The translations under genes and the position numbers were made by a program. Below the pieces are notes generated by a model that was not told the DNA's origin, searched no databases, and saw only the letters and a list, made by a program, of their open reading frames with translations. DNA of 64,000 nucleotides from Marsupella aquatica (lineage: Eukaryota; Plantae; Marchantiophyta), in the NCBI GenBank assembly GCA_973895155.1, contig OZ316896.1:20588052-20652051 (forward strand), given 5' to 3'. This document shows positions 24,801 through 36,202 of the stretch, piece by piece (the stretch's first letter is position 1; every line of letters begins with the position of its first letter).

Positions 24801-26263
24801 CTTTCCAGAATACGAAGAAGTTGCGGTTCTTGGAAATGAACGACGATATTCAGATTGTTGGAGCGACGGATGATACATCGCTACCAACCCAGCTTGTCTT
24901 GCTGAGCTGTCATGGTCAGGTTCTCTTCAACCCTGCCCTCCAAAAAGATCTGGTTGGTCTGAAACTATGGGGCATGGAGGACGTGCCGACTTCTATTGGG
25001 CAGCTCTCCAAATTAGGCCATCTTGAAATAAAATTGAATGGCGCAAGATGCCATTCCCTACCCAGATCCTTCGGGCAACTCAGCGCGTTGCGACACCTCA
25101 GATTGGGATCTTGTGAGGGCTTGCAAAGCTTGCCTGAGTCATTCGGGCAACTCAGCGCTTTGCGACACCTTACATTCTGTGAATGTCCTGATTTGGAAAG
25201 CTTGCCTGAGTCCTTCGGGCAACTCAGCGCTTTGCGACAGCTTCAATTCTATGGGTGCAGGTCACTCGGAAGCTTGTGTGAGTCATTTGGACAACTGAGG
25301 GCGTTAGAGCACCTTGAATTCGAAAGGTGTGACTTGTTGGGACGGTTGCCTGAATCCTTCGGGCAACTCTCTGCCTTAACCCGTCTTCAATTCAGACATT
25401 GCCCCAGCTTGAAACTCCTCCCTCAATCTTTCGGACAAGTCTCCAGCTTAGAACATCTTTCATTTGCCTCCTGTGACATACAATCTCTGCCCGAATCTTT
25501 TGGGCTGCTCTCCGCTCTAACCCGTCTTTTTTTCTCCTCCTGCCCAATAAAATCTCTTCCCGAAAATTTCGGACAACTCTCCAGCTTAGAACGTCTTCAA
25601 TTCAGACATTGCCCCAGCTTGAACCTCCTCCCTCAATCTTTCGGACAAGTCTCCAGCTTAGAACATCTTTCATTTGCCTTCTGTGACATACAATCTCTGC
25701 CCGAATCTTTTGGGCTGCTCTCCGCTCTAACACGTCTTTATTTCTCCTCCTGCCCAATAAAATCTCTGCCCGAAAATTTTGGACAACTCTCCAGCTTAGA
25801 ACGTCTTTCAGTCTTGTCCTGCCCGATAGAATCTCTGCCCGAATCTTTTGGTCAGCTCTCCGCCCTAACCTCCCTTGTATTCGCTCCTTCGCCCTTTAGC
25901 CATACATGCTCATGGACTCTGCCAAACATATCAACTCTAATGAATCTCCGATACCTGCAATTATGGGATTATTCTGTCACGACTATTCCGGACTGCGTCA
26001 GGAGCTTGAAGTCATTGCGCTGTGTAGAGATCATTAGGGCAAAACCTATTGTCGACTGGCCCGAATGGTTGGTGCCCAGTCAAAACGTGGAGGTTTCCTA
26101 TCACCGGGGACTGGAAAACATCTACCAAATTTTCCACGTGCACGATGGAATTCTTTTCCTAATTGAGGAGGGTCCAGGAATGAATTACTATTCGCAAGAC
26201 CTTGATGGGTTCTTCCATGCAAATAATCTCAAGACCGACATATCCAAGCTTCTGGACCTTTGA
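21858..26263 (+). CDS. NLR2: MLKL/Cbl-N-like helical-bundle N-terminus, hydrolase relic exon, NB-ARC and LRR
   Basis: Exons 21858-22156, 22324-22652, 22957-23108, 23279-24370 and 24737-26263 join in frame at GT-AG junctions. The N-terminus (VAYVLERVNLVSDNSGNCLALLESMLELGKCM) resembles MLKL/MCAfunc-type four-helix bundles. NB-ARC motifs: GMGGLGKTT, LLALDDV, GLPLAL, VHE. The LRR is intact. The true start may lie upstream. Confidence 0.85.
25382..25803 (+). repeat. 210-bp in-frame tandem duplication (3 LRR units) in NLR2
   Basis: The 70-aa block RLQFRHCPSLKLLPQSFGQVSSLEHLSF...LPENFGQLSSLE occurs twice with few substitutions. Confidence 0.9.
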
Positions 26264-27876
26264 CTTGTCAATGGAAATTAAGGGATCAAGTCTGTCTTGA
26301 GAAAGGCACCAGAGAGCGCAGTCAGCGCGCACAGATTGGTGTACTTGTGGCAGTTTCGCCACAAATCTGTATTATTCATTGTAAAGGCTGATGTGTATAA
26401 TGGTTTTTAAATTTTAAATACACGTATGATCGTTGTGCATCAAATATCTATGGTATGGACTCCCAAACCGAGATGTTGCTGAAATTCGAGTACTACATAG
26501 CAATTTTCGTCTAGGAGTTCATGTCTGCTCCAGTTCTTACTGTTATTTTCTTCACTTGTACAACAGAGATCTTTGAGATTTACGCTACTCATGTGACACC
26601 TGCTCGAACTGATAGTCACTCCGTTTCTTAAGAAAACTTGCTGGAGACTGCAGATGCAAAATAAAATTCCTTGCTACGTACCCCGATGACCGCCCTGCCC
26701 AGGCGAACTGCCTTGAGACTGTGAAGGGATTCAGCACACACGCCTCCAGTAGGGAAGGTTTAGCAAACACATTCGAACAAAATTTACCGCAAGTCTGCAC
26801 GCTACGAAAAAAATGTACGACGAAGAGGAAATTTTGAGGTCACTAAACCACCACGTATGGCTGAGGTATGACTTTCAACTCCACGATGGCCAGGATTTCT
26901 GGACTTTCTGGACTTTACATCACACTGATTAACAAGAAAAGCGTCTCCGGGAGCGTCGCATGGCATGCTGGAACTCACCATTGTTATGACTAGACCTGCT
27001 GGCATTTATTTCTAATTCAGGTCGACAAAAGCATGTAGGCACAATGATAAGAGAATTTGTACATCCTAGACGTTACCTCAGAGTGGAATGAAACAGTGGA
27101 AGTCATAAGCATTTTAAGACCTTTAGCTGAAGTAGCACTCAAGGCCAGCTAGTGACAATAAAAGTCTCTGTCAAGATTTTCGCTTCTCCGCAGTCTGTAC
27201 GGTTGTTCCACATTTCAGATCAGGCCAGCTGCCCACGGAGATTCCTGGTTTACTGAGGGTGCCAGGAAATGGACAGAATTGTTCCCCCCAAATTGTGGCC
27301 CCCGAAAGGATAGTTCATGAAGTTCAGAACCCCGACGTCATTTCATTTTGTTGACGGTGCTGAACATGATTTCTTCCATTGAATGAACTTAGGTAACTAA
27401 CATTGAATTGGTGTGTACGTTGTAATTATCTTAAGGCATCGTAGGCTTCCGTGAAAAAACACGAACTTGCTTAGGATCGCAATGTTGCAAGGGTCGCTGC
27501 CAAATAAATTTCCATCAAGCGATCATCGGCCTGATTCACAGGTTCTCGAGGTCTGAAGATGAGTTAAAATTCGCGCATCACCATTATCTACTGCATCCAC
27601 TTGTCGAAATACTGAGCGCTTCGGATACTGAGCCTGAAACACAACTTGAATCACCAAGCGTCCCTTTGAATCCCTCCCAGTACGACCCACCACTTAACTG
27701 TTTGAGTGAGAACCAGCAAGGCAAGCATGGATCAGTGCGTTGCTTGAGTACTCTTACGGTGGACACTCATGTAATTCCATAAAATTTCCTGTCTATATAA
27801 ACTGCCCTCTCACGAAGAACCTTCGACAGTGAAATCGATCCTTTCAGCATGAATCAGTGCTCTTACTAATCCGTGT

Positions 27877-28575
27877 CGAGCATGATATCAGGATAACTAG
27901 TATGACTAGCTAGAAAGTATGGATACTTCTACGTCAGTCCCACTGGTGCCGACGAGATCACTGCGGTCAAGGACTTCTTTCTGGCCAATTCAGTTCTCGG
28001 TCTCCCCTAGTCAGTCAGAGACATTCAACGAAGTAGACAACGAGGCCCGGAACGAGGTTGAGCTGGAGATCGTCAGGGCTTTTCCACCCCTCTATGGCAA
28101 TTTTTACAGAACAGGGAGGGAGTCTGGAAAGGTTCAGTTATTGCTGTACATCGGCATGTTTGGTTCAAGAAGCCGTTTCCATCACCCTGCCCACAAGTCG
28201 ATGGAAGCACTTAAAAATCCTTTGATAAAGAAATCGAGCATGATATCAGGATAACTACTATGACTAGCTAGGAAGTATGGTCAGTCCCACTGGTGCCGAC
28301 GAGATCACTGCCGTGAAGGACTTCTTTCTGGCCAATTCAGTTCTCGGTCTCCGCTGGTCAGAGACATTCAACGAACTAGAGAACCAGGCCCGGAACGAGG
28401 TCAAGCTGGAGATCGTCAGAGCTTTTCCACCCCTCTGGCAATTTTTGCAAAACAGGTAGGGAGTCTCGAAAGGTTCAGTTATCGCTGTACATCGGCAGGT
28501 TTGGTTCAAGAAGCCGTTTCCATCACTCTGGCCATAAGTCCATCAAAGGACTTAAAAATCCTTTGATAGAAAAAT
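27877..28575 (+). repeat. ~355-bp local tandem duplication in unit 2
   Basis: TCGAGCATGATATCAGGATAACTA...CTTAAAAATCCTTTGATA occurs twice, against a single copy at ~10478-10812. Confidence 0.85.
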
Positions 28576-31226
28576 CATCAGAGTTGACAATCATGAGGAT
28601 CGTTATATATGGGAGCTCGTTATAGTAGCAAGCAGGAAGTTTTAAATTAGACATACGGGTTTGACTGATAGATCTGAGTGTATCGGGAGTTATCTAGAGC
28701 AGTAGTGTCCCTGCAAATCGTTTAAGCCGTGCAATGCCATCCCCTTAAGCGGGATTGTTTTGCTGCAAAGGGAGAGGTCCGAGAATCTTGGTGAAGCTCC
28801 ATGTATGGAATTGGCTTCAGATTTGATTTGGTATTAAAGGTTCAAAACTTGTAGCTGAATGAAACTTCACAGTTGTTGCTAAAGCATTGATGATGAATTC
28901 AAGGAGTTTATCTCAAAAATAATCAAATTATAAGAAAAGGAGCAAACAAAATACAATGGACAAGACTCAAAAGTGGACCAGAGAGAACAAACACGAACCT
29001 CAAAAGCGAGGGCAAGTGCAAATTAATAGAGAAGGGACCCAGAGCTTTATTTTGAAGAGTTTTAAAAATTTTACTCTTGCAACTAGTTTTTTTTTGTGGG
29101 TTTTTTTGGGTTTTGTTTTTGGTGCAATGATGAACCATTTATTAGAGAGGCCACTGCTGTGTGGCACAAAGCAAAACAAACCCCCAAGGGCCAGAACTCA
29201 CACCAACTGAGGCTGCAGCACCAAAAACCAGCCCATCAGACCACAAGGTCACCCTCAAAAGATAAGGGCTAAGAGGGAACAAAACCTGTCATAAGAAAAC
29301 TGACATGAGATGACTCCATATATAGGCGGATCTTAGTACAGGTCTACAGCAACACAATGCTCCAAAGTGAGCATGTGCAAGTTGAATTAACATTGTTTCA
29401 AATTGTGCATATAGCATGTTAGTTCTAAGACATAGCTATTAATTTAACTTATTGACAATAATGTCAATTGTATCCTCAGTATGTAAACTACAATTAATTT
29501 AAATAGGTTATCAAATAGCAGTTATAGCATCGTATTCAAGTGTATTAAAACAGTGATTCAAAGACATAAATGGAATAAAAGTGCACACCTTTAAAGTGAA
29601 GAAACTACCTTACTTTTTTGGTGAAAGACAAGTACATAATTTATAAGTCAATGTACCTTAGGGGTATAGTATTTTGTGGTTGAGAGAGAAGTACCCTAGC
29701 TTTGTACTCTAGCTTAGTTTGTACTCTACTTTTAGGCCCTATTGAGAGATTCACTGTTTAGGTGACACCTGTTAACCTCTAAACCATAAGGGTTGGAAAG
29801 TTTTTCACCAATGGAGATATAACCTACAAAGCATAGCTAGTTTCTGTACTGGTGCATCCTGGTGAGTCTAACCTTGTCATGGAATAGAGAAGGAATGACA
29901 GCATAAGAATTTATCAAATACACAATAAGCTATTCATAGTAAAACCTAAAACACAGTGACGGACCAAACGGGAAGTGTGACCACCCAACGAGAAGTGTGT
30001 TTTGAATTTTGTCGAAAACGGCAAAAAATTCTCATAAATTTATCTAATAAACATGAATTCTCATAAATTTATCTAAAAAACATGATTCAAACTCGAGATA
30101 CTTTCTAACCAAAACTGGCAAATCTCTATAATTTATAACTTCCTAACACTTCATCTCTAAAATGAGGGAAAACTCCGAAACACCTAAAACAACGATTTCC
30201 AAGTCCTCTCTATGAAAGCTCAATCAAGGCGTCTCAAAACACACCAAAAACAAAAAAACGCCGATCGTCAATCCAGTAGTGCAAAACAAAATGGGATACC
30301 GCGTATCCCACTTCGCATTCATTCAAAGAAATCAATCAAAAACATGCTAAGTCAACTGTTTGGTGGACATATTTACCAGAAAAGGTAAACCGGATTTCAA
30401 TATTTACTAAGCATAAAAACACCTACCATGAAACATTTCCTCCAAACCATGGTTGATCCTCACAGTCAGTTAAGTTAACCCAAGCGCATTTTGGGTTGGA
30501 ACGCAATTTGAATACGAAGTTAGATCCAAGTATCCAATCTGGTATTTAATCTCCAAATACTCGATCGTCGTGCCACGCGCCTGGAAATTGAGATTTGAAT
30601 ACCAATAGGGATCCACGTATCCCATTTTTCTGAACAAGTCCAAAAATAACCCTCTCAAAATCAAGGTCCACCACTCATGTTATATAATGTTACCGTACAA
30701 GTCAAGTAGAAGATGTTTGCAACCATAGGCTTCTCAACTCGCCATAAGTATGGCCTGCCCAAAATACAAATGGATTCATCAGCCCCCACCTTGCACCAAC
30801 ACTATTCACTCCTGCTCTAGTGAACAGTGCCCTCCCATTTTTGCAAAAGTTTCTCACAAAATATATACTAATTTTTGAAGCCAATTTGTTCCTGGTTGTA
30901 GATCTCGCCAAGATCAATGTATTGGGCAATAGACAGACCCCTGTGGTGAACAGATGAGATGACGGTGAGTGCCTAAAATTCCCCCAAAATGACCAAAATT
31001 GTCTGAAAACAGTCCATGTAAGCAGTTGTACGTGCCCATGCATTATAAACAATGGAAACTACGTAGTGGTAATGCATGAAATACAGACAGTTGTAGTCGG
31101 AAGGGAGGACCACCATTGAGCAAGCTGCGCAACTGGCCATAACAGCCTGGAAAACGTTGTTGTATATTATACATATACTGTTTTTTGTTGTTTGCCTTTT
31201 TGCATTGATAGAAGTAAGTTGAAGGA

Positions 31227-31402
31227 GAGCTCATTGAGCTCATTGAATCAATGAAGGAAGCAATGAAGGAATCAATGAATGAGCTCAATGAAGGAATCAA
31301 TCAGAATCAATGAAGGAATCAATGAGAGTTTGAACAAAAAACAGTATATGTATAATATATAACAACGTTTTGATCATTGATTCCTTCATTGAGCTCATTG
31401 AG
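31227..31402. repeat. Patchwork filler DNA at the junction where unit 2 homology breaks
   Basis: Iterated AATGAAGGAATC and GAGCTCATT fragments in both orientations, plus a near-perfect inverted copy (~31335-31372) of ~31151-31188. Confidence 0.75.
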
Positions 31403-31662
31403 CCGATCCTACATGGACTTCAGTGGGGCCCAACTTTTGCCGACGTGGAGCTCTTTTTTGTCCAGAATTTTAGACCACCTCCGTTGGAGGTCCCTTCATC
31501 GGGCCGCTTGGTCCATTCCTATTATGGGCAGTTTTCAATAAATGCGGACCCACAGGAACCAGCATTAGCCAAAGATTAGCCAGCATTAGCCAAAGATTCA
31601 GGTGAAGTGGGTCCCAAGTTTGTCTTCTAGTCAATGATTCTAGCTACACTGGCCAGAGTTCC

Positions 31663-31798
31663 CTTTACAAGACGTCGGGGGCAATAAAAGTCTTCTAAAT
31701 TCTCTATTAGCCCCGGTATACTGTTTTTAGCATGTGAAACTGCTGCTGGTTCAGCTTTGGTAGAAAAGGAAGCAAACAGCCCCCGACGTCTTGTAAAG
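31663..31798. repeat. Perfect 20-bp inverted repeat pair (possible small MITE)
   Basis: CTTTACAAGACGTCGGGGGC (31663-31682) and GCCCCCGACGTCTTGTAAAG (31779-31798). Confidence 0.65.
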
Positions 31799-34700
31799 TG
31801 CCCCTAAAACTACACTTGCTAGAGAGAACTGTTGTCTCCTCACCATCTGAGGCAGTGGATTTCTTGCTCAACTGCCTGCCACCCACTTCCTGCTGCACTT
31901 CATCAGCCCGGGCAGCAGAATGTACATTTGCAAAGTATATCTAACATGCTCAATTGTCTGATGCCCACTGCCCATCCTAGTCAACTATTAGGACTTTCAA
32001 CCTTAAATTGAAATTTTGAGTGGGGATTTGCAGGCATTCCGAGAGGTGACAGCAGTCAGAGCATTGAGGCTAGGCATGGAACAAACATGAGCAACACAAT
32101 GTACTGTTAGGCTGCCTTGTGCTCCACCTTATGGGCATGGAGCCGGGCATGGAGCAAGACAGATAATGGGTGCTTCTCTAAAAGTATATTCATACTAGGG
32201 GGAAGGGATGTCCGGAATGGAGATGAAAAATATTAGAGAAGGGACTAGAGAGGTGAGACTGAGGCAATGCACTGCGAATTAAAACCTCTGCACAAAATCA
32301 AATGAAATCATTAGTCACTTTGTGCTGGTTGAGTTGGAAAGTCTGTTGGCACATTTTTCTTGCTCACCATTTACTGTCAGTGCTGCATTCATTAGTCAGT
32401 TTGTGCTCTGGTCCAGGGTTAAACAAGAAGCCTTAAATGATGAGTAACAAGCCCATACTTTAGGAACTCTAGCCAAAAAATCAGAAAAACAACGAAAAAG
32501 TCAAAACAAGTGCCAAAATTAGCACCTATTTTAGAACAAAAATATGGAGCGAACAAAATATGACATAAACTAGCTATGTTTTGACGCCTAAAAATGACCA
32601 AATTCATCTGAAGTTACATTCCACCAATAAATGACCTCAAATACAACACTATTATCTACAATGGTCTCACAATTACACGAGCTGTCTCTTGAAACAATAA
32701 CTAAATCACCTCCAAAAGCCATTGTCATTTAAAAACCAGAAAATAAATTACTACAACTTAACCTGATACACATTATTGTGAAAAAAAGACAAGGAGAATA
32801 GAAATGACACCATCTAATTGAATTGGAACACAACCCACTAAGAAAATATTAAACTACAAATTTCTCAAGAAACTTTAACCATGAATTCATGAATAAGTGG
32901 TAAAGGCATTTTGAAAATTTGAAAAATTTCAAGTTATCCATGTTTTTCAATGGTAATGTCACAAACAATAACTACTTTTCATTACTCAGATCCAGAAGTC
33001 CTCAATTCTTGAAACGAAATATCCCTAGATTTATCTCCTAGCGGGGTTCTAGCTGATCCATTCTCTTGTTCTTGCTCTTTCTCTTCTGCCAAAAATTCAG
33101 TCAATCAGATTTTGATTCGATCTACTGTCTTTTTGTACAATGTATCAGATTTTGTCAACATGAAGTTGTAAGCAAAAACAGTTGTTGAAGATAAATCAAG
33201 CTCTTGGTGAAACCATATTGGTTTCAAAGTTCCTTTCCCACGACCACTTTTCTTCTTTTCGTAGTTGAAGACTTCTGGTAAGTACTTGGCTTTCCAAGGA
33301 TCTGACCTGGTTTTTGCAGCATGCCATAAAACATAAATCATTTTTGGAATGTTGAACTCGTCGCGCTGGTCAATTCTTTCCACCTTGGCCACCCAAAATG
33401 TTTCCGATTCTTCTCCAGCAACAGAAATATAAGTGTTGACTTCAAGATCCGAAAAGTCTCCTTCCATATTCTCCTTCTTTGCATCTATCTTTCCTTGATT
33501 CCGATAAGGACCCACGTATATATCTCTGGTAGGTCCGTATACTCTCTCTTCAATTTCCTCTTCATTGACAAGGACTCTGGGAACTTCAGCAGCAACAGCA
33601 ATCTCCCCTTGGGAACGTGGCCATTGAAAAGGGAAAATCAATGGTCTTTGATCAAGGAGCAAAGATTTATTCAATTCCCGTTGCTCTTCAAAAAACATTC
33701 TCCACCAGTTCACTTCCTCTTATGAGAATAAAGTTTCAACTGCAAGTATTCCCTTTTGAATCTCATTTAACGAATCATCCATCTCCTTCAAAGTCATTCT
33801 TGAAGAACTAGACATATTTGGTTGAGTCCTTGTAACGTTCTTATCCCCCTTTTTGAAAAGGGGTAATCCGGGAGCACAACCCATCACCTTTTCTGGCTCC
33901 TCTTCCCTCAAAAATTTCACGCCTCCGTCAGGTTTCCAAGTTGAGTCTGTGGAAAACTTCTTCCCCCATTGGGTTGGAACTTGATCTTCCAACTTGTCAA
34001 ATGCAAATTTGTACTGGTGGTGGAAGGTAACATTTCGAATCCTTTCAATGACTAAAGGTGGATCTGAGAAGGCATATTGACGGAAATCATATGTTTCCTT
34101 TAAAAGAGTGATATTTGGTTGGGTTGATATGATTCACAAATAATATCACATAGGCTTTTGTATGTGAATGCCTTAAACCTTGCTAGTCGTTTAGAAAATC
34201 GACTGAACATTTGATCTATTTGGTCGTGTGTGTGTCCAACCAACAAGAATCCTAGTTTGATTTTCCGAAAAACCTTTCTTCGAATCAACATATGAAGATA
34301 GGCAAAGAGTAAATTATTTTTATTTTCTCTACTGGTATTATCAAGTTGAAGATAGAGAACAGGCGGCAAGCCACCAGGCTTTTCTTCCCATTCGTGAAAC
34401 ACCCTTTGCAGGATTGTGACTGTCAAGTTTCCATCATTATGCAATACAGGATAATTAAGAAACACTCTTGAAAATAGTGCACCATTGAAAACCAGGCATC
34501 CGACAACGTGCATTTGGATCAAACATGTTTCGTCCACCGATTTTGGGGGCCGCGGCCAATGAGGCAACCTTGTCTTCTTCTGATCCATCCCATCAATGAC
34601 AACTCCCAAATATTTATCAGGATTTGAAAAACATTTCTTACGATGCTTCGCGAGTTTCTCACATTCTTTGGATTGTTGGTCTCTATGTTTTTGTAACATA

Positions 34701-35911
34701 ATTCCCCTCGCCCTGGAAAAACAACACAAGGAAGTTTTGGTGCTCACCTAGGTAGGCAAACACTAAGTAACCAGGGAAAATACAAGATAGAAGATAATTT
34801 TGCCGAGTTTCATGTTGGTGTAACCTGGTACCTACCTGAAGGTAGGGATATGCAAACAACCAAAATGGGACTATTGTGGCGATTCCTAAAATACCGATGT
34901 ATACAAAGTGGATAGCTGGTAGTTCATAGATTCACCACCATAGCATGGATGTCCAGAAATTCACAAATGTGCAAGAATTGGGTTAATGTAGGACAATGGA
35001 AAACTCCAATGATAAGTTTGGAGTTAAATTTTCAAATAATTTAAGCCAATTTCTTATCGGTAACCTAACCTAACACAAGGACACTACACCTTATGAACTT
35101 CTTCGTTCCACTGCTGATGTTCATAGACCAGCTCCTGTTCAGTAGGTGGTCGAGTGCTTCTTTTGCTTGGGATTTGCTTCGACATTTTGCTGGCATCAGA
35201 GTGCTGGTTACATTCTAGATTGCACTATGCTTCAATCACCGTTGATGCTGGTGCTACGTGGTCTACTCGCTTGCTCAGCATAATCATTTTCTTGTTCACG
35301 TTTTTGGACCTTATCCTCCATAGCCCGCAGGCTCCATGCGCTCCGTCCTTTGCTCTCATGCGCACCGTCGCTACTCTCGATGTCAGAGCCAATGTCTGCT
35401 CGACACATCAAGAAATGAAGAAAACTAACTGTCTTGGCGACCATGATCGTGACCATAACGACAAGCTTGCGGTTACCTCGATCCCTGCCTGAGGATCCGA
35501 TCCAATGTCTGCTCGACACGCCAAAGAGATGACGGAACACAAACTGATCGACTAGCCAAGAGCTCATCAGGACCCGACTCGAGACTTCCATTTGCGCCAC
35601 TCTCTGTTTGAATTCAAACTTTGAATTCGCCGTCCTCTCTATTTAAGACGATCGATACTCTCCTGTGGATTCATTCTGCTCTCTCTCGCATTGGAATTGC
35701 ATTTCAGGATTCTCGAGCTCCTTGCAATTTTACAGTTCACCTATCTTCTTAGCGTTCAGCTCGATCAAGACTCAATCGTTGAGAGCCTGTATCTCGTCGT
35801 TGATGTTCGTGGCGAATTGAGCTCAATTCGTTGTGGGTGTCAGTTCTTCGTAGATATTTTGGGCGAATTGCGAGGAGATTCAGAGGAGGAATTGTTACTT
35901 GCTCCGAGGAG

Positions 35912-36058
35912 ATGGCACCCAAGGATGTAGCAGTTGCAGCGACTGAAGGCGCTACGGGAGCGAAGAAGGGTCGAGGCATGCCGAAGGCTGTGAAGAGGCA
36001 TCCCGCATTGAAGGAGGTCGGTGGAGCAGATGTAGTGGGATCGAAGAAGAAGCACAGA
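35912..36058 (+). other. Short Lys/Ala-rich MAPK-start coding fragment, possibly a captured gene 5' end
   Basis: MAPKDVAVAATEGATGAKKGRGMPKAVKRHPALKEVGGADVVGSKKKHR, preceded by TATTTAA (~35640) and a CT-rich leader. No downstream exon is visible. Confidence 0.3.
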
Positions 36059-36202
36059 GTTTGTTTAGTGAATATAATAATTATGCAACAAAGGATTAAT
36101 ACAGCTCTTACTATGAACTACGTGAGTCCAACTAACATAATAAATTACCTGATCATAACCTGCCTTTGGCTAAGCACTAGAATAATCAGATTGCCAATCA
36201 TG

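Noticed and set aside
29410-30677. Unit-2-specific segment with small hairpins, a possible TE end
   Set aside because: No paired terminus, TSD or coding similarity was identifiable.
34761-34770. CACTA pentamer as the left terminus of the inner element
   Set aside because: No matching TAGTG end with a 3-bp TSD was found near 54000-54600.
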